From Lepidodermella squamata (Eukaryota; Animalia; Gastrotricha), in assembly GCA_047495785.1 (NCBI GenBank), contig JBLDXI010000021.1, forward strand, positions 496,001 through 560,000: a stretch of DNA of 64,000 bases, read 5' to 3'. Every line of letters starts with the position of its first letter. The stretch's first letter is position 1. Of the stretch, positions 62,415 through 64,000 are shown piece after piece. The position numbers were made by a program, and so were the translations under genes. The notes under the pieces are model-generated. The model searched no databases and had not been told where the DNA came from. It worked only from the letters and a program-made list of their open reading frames with translations.

Positions 62415-64000
62415 ATGATGCTTTCGGCACAAAATCTTTTGCCTCGCTTGCCTGTTCCGAAATTGGCGGAAAGTCTGACCCGATTTCTTCGAGCTGTGAA
62501 GCCGCTGTTGTCCGAGCCCGAGTACTCCGAAACAGAATCAGCTGTATCAGAATTTGTCAACTCGGGCATTGGACCGAAATTGCAAGCTCATTTGGAACAG
62601 CGAGCAGCCAACCCTGATACGGATAATTGGCTCTCTGACTGGTGGTTGAAAGCTGCCTACCTCGAATATCGATACCCGCTGCTATTTTTCTCAAATCCAT
62701 CCTATTTCCTACCTCCACAGCAGTTCAGGTATAATCAAATAAAATCATGAATAATTTCGGTTTTGATGGTGAGGTGATGAAAAAATTCCCGTAATTTCTG
62801 TGAATTTTATTTCGCATCGTAAAGCCACTTGGTTCTAATTCGAATTTTTACTTATTAACACAGTTCACCTGAGGATCAATTCCGTTTGGCATCTGGAGTT
62901 ATATCGGCAGCTTTGGATTACCGCACCCGGATTGCGAGGCATGAGCTTGCTCCCGAGGTTGTCGGAAAAGATCGCCGGCTATGCATGTCCCAATACACCA
63001 AGCTATTTGACAGCTGTCGAGTGCCTGCCCCGGAGGTTGATAAATTGATTTCCGGTGATTATTCAAAGCCTGTAACTGGAAAACCAAAAAGTGTCGACGT
63101 TGTTTTGATGTATCGCAATCGGTTCTTCAACTTAACAGTTGACAGTGCTACGGCTGATCCTCAGTCGATTTTTGACTCTATCATCAGTCTGAAGCAGCAT
63201 TCAAAAGCTACTCCGGACACCCCGATCGGAATTTTAACCTCATGGCACCGTGACAAGTGGGCTGTTGCTCATGAAAAACTAGAAAAAGCCCACCAGTTGA
63301 ACGCAGTTAGTTTGGAGGCTGTTCGGCGCTGCGCTTTTGTAGTTTGCCTGGATTCACAGCCACTAAAGCCCGAAAATGGCAATTATTCGCGATTTACTCG
63401 CAGCTTTGACCTCGTATTACATGGCGGCGGTTCTTCGGCCAATACAGGCAATCGGTGGTTTGATAAAACCGTTCAATTTATCATCAGCCAAGATGGCATG
63501 TGGGGCGTTTGCCAGGAGCACGCGCCTTGTGAAGCGCTCCCAGTTGTAGCTTTGGCTGATTATGTGGGTTCTGCATTATTGAAACAACCCCACGTCTGGC
63601 GTAATTTAGCATCGGGTCGAGATGCTCGCATGAAAATGAAACAACTGCAATTCAAGCTCACGCCTGAACTTGAGGAGGCGATTTCCGCCGCGGCCCGAGA
63701 TGCTGATACGTTGATTTCAGACCTCGAGACGTATGTCAATGTATTCGATGGTTGGGGTCGCGATGGCGCAAAAGCTTTATCAATATCCGCAGATGGTTTA
63801 GTCCAAATGGCTATGCAGCTTGCTTTCTATCGTTTGCACGGAACTCCAGCGTCGTGTTATGAAACCGGGTCCACCCGCCGATTCCGGCTCGGTCGAACTG
63901 ACACGATTCGCCCGTGTTCGAATGAATCACTCGCTCTATGTCAAGAATTGTCTAGCAAACATAACGTCAAAACTGACGTTGCTAAACAGCTCTTGACCAA
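62415..64000 (+). CDS. CRAT: Carnitine O-acetyltransferase (choline/carnitine acyltransferase family), 3'-truncated
   Basis: LPRLPVPKL, NWLSDWW..AYLEYR, LCMSQY..LF.SCRVP, NRWFDKTVQF, catalytic EHAPCE, YETGSTRRF..GRTDTIR. Intron 62729-62863. Exact family member uncertain. Confidence 0.85.

Overview
This is compact animal (invertebrate) nuclear DNA, not prokaryotic. Most genes are split by ~45-60 nt GT-AG introns, so the ORF track fragments them and misses some. A spiralian/lophotrochozoan origin is inferred but not demonstrable. From left to right: three tandem Ly6/uPAR (three-finger) genes; three tandem orphan single-pass membrane proteins, each with a PP1-docking-like motif; a GPI-type 3-Ig lachesin-like gene (minus strand); two inverted-repeat elements; V-ATPase subunit d; a decayed LINE RT; and a LIV-1 zinc transporter with a very long His-rich loop. 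Next is an ~8 kb GCGC/CpG-dense non-coding domain that envelops a gene encoding a SAMD1-type CpG-binding winged helix, a second winged helix, a double PHD finger and a SAM domain. This is followed by a secreted sushi protein with an intronic tRNA-Ile(AAT) and an ELAV/Sex-lethal-like gene. The window ends with two tightly packed co-directional clusters (LACTB-UTP6-RNPS1 and MYCBP-VBP1-PIGBOS1-like microprotein-SRSF4/5/6-like-CRAT) whose spacing and acceptors just upstream of the ATGs suggest operons or SL trans-splicing. The leading candidates for new biology are the GCGC-reader gene sitting inside its own GCGC island, the polycistron-like cluster with a hidden microprotein, and the SR-protein poison exon behind a GC donor. 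Exon boundaries were read by eye and no searches were run.
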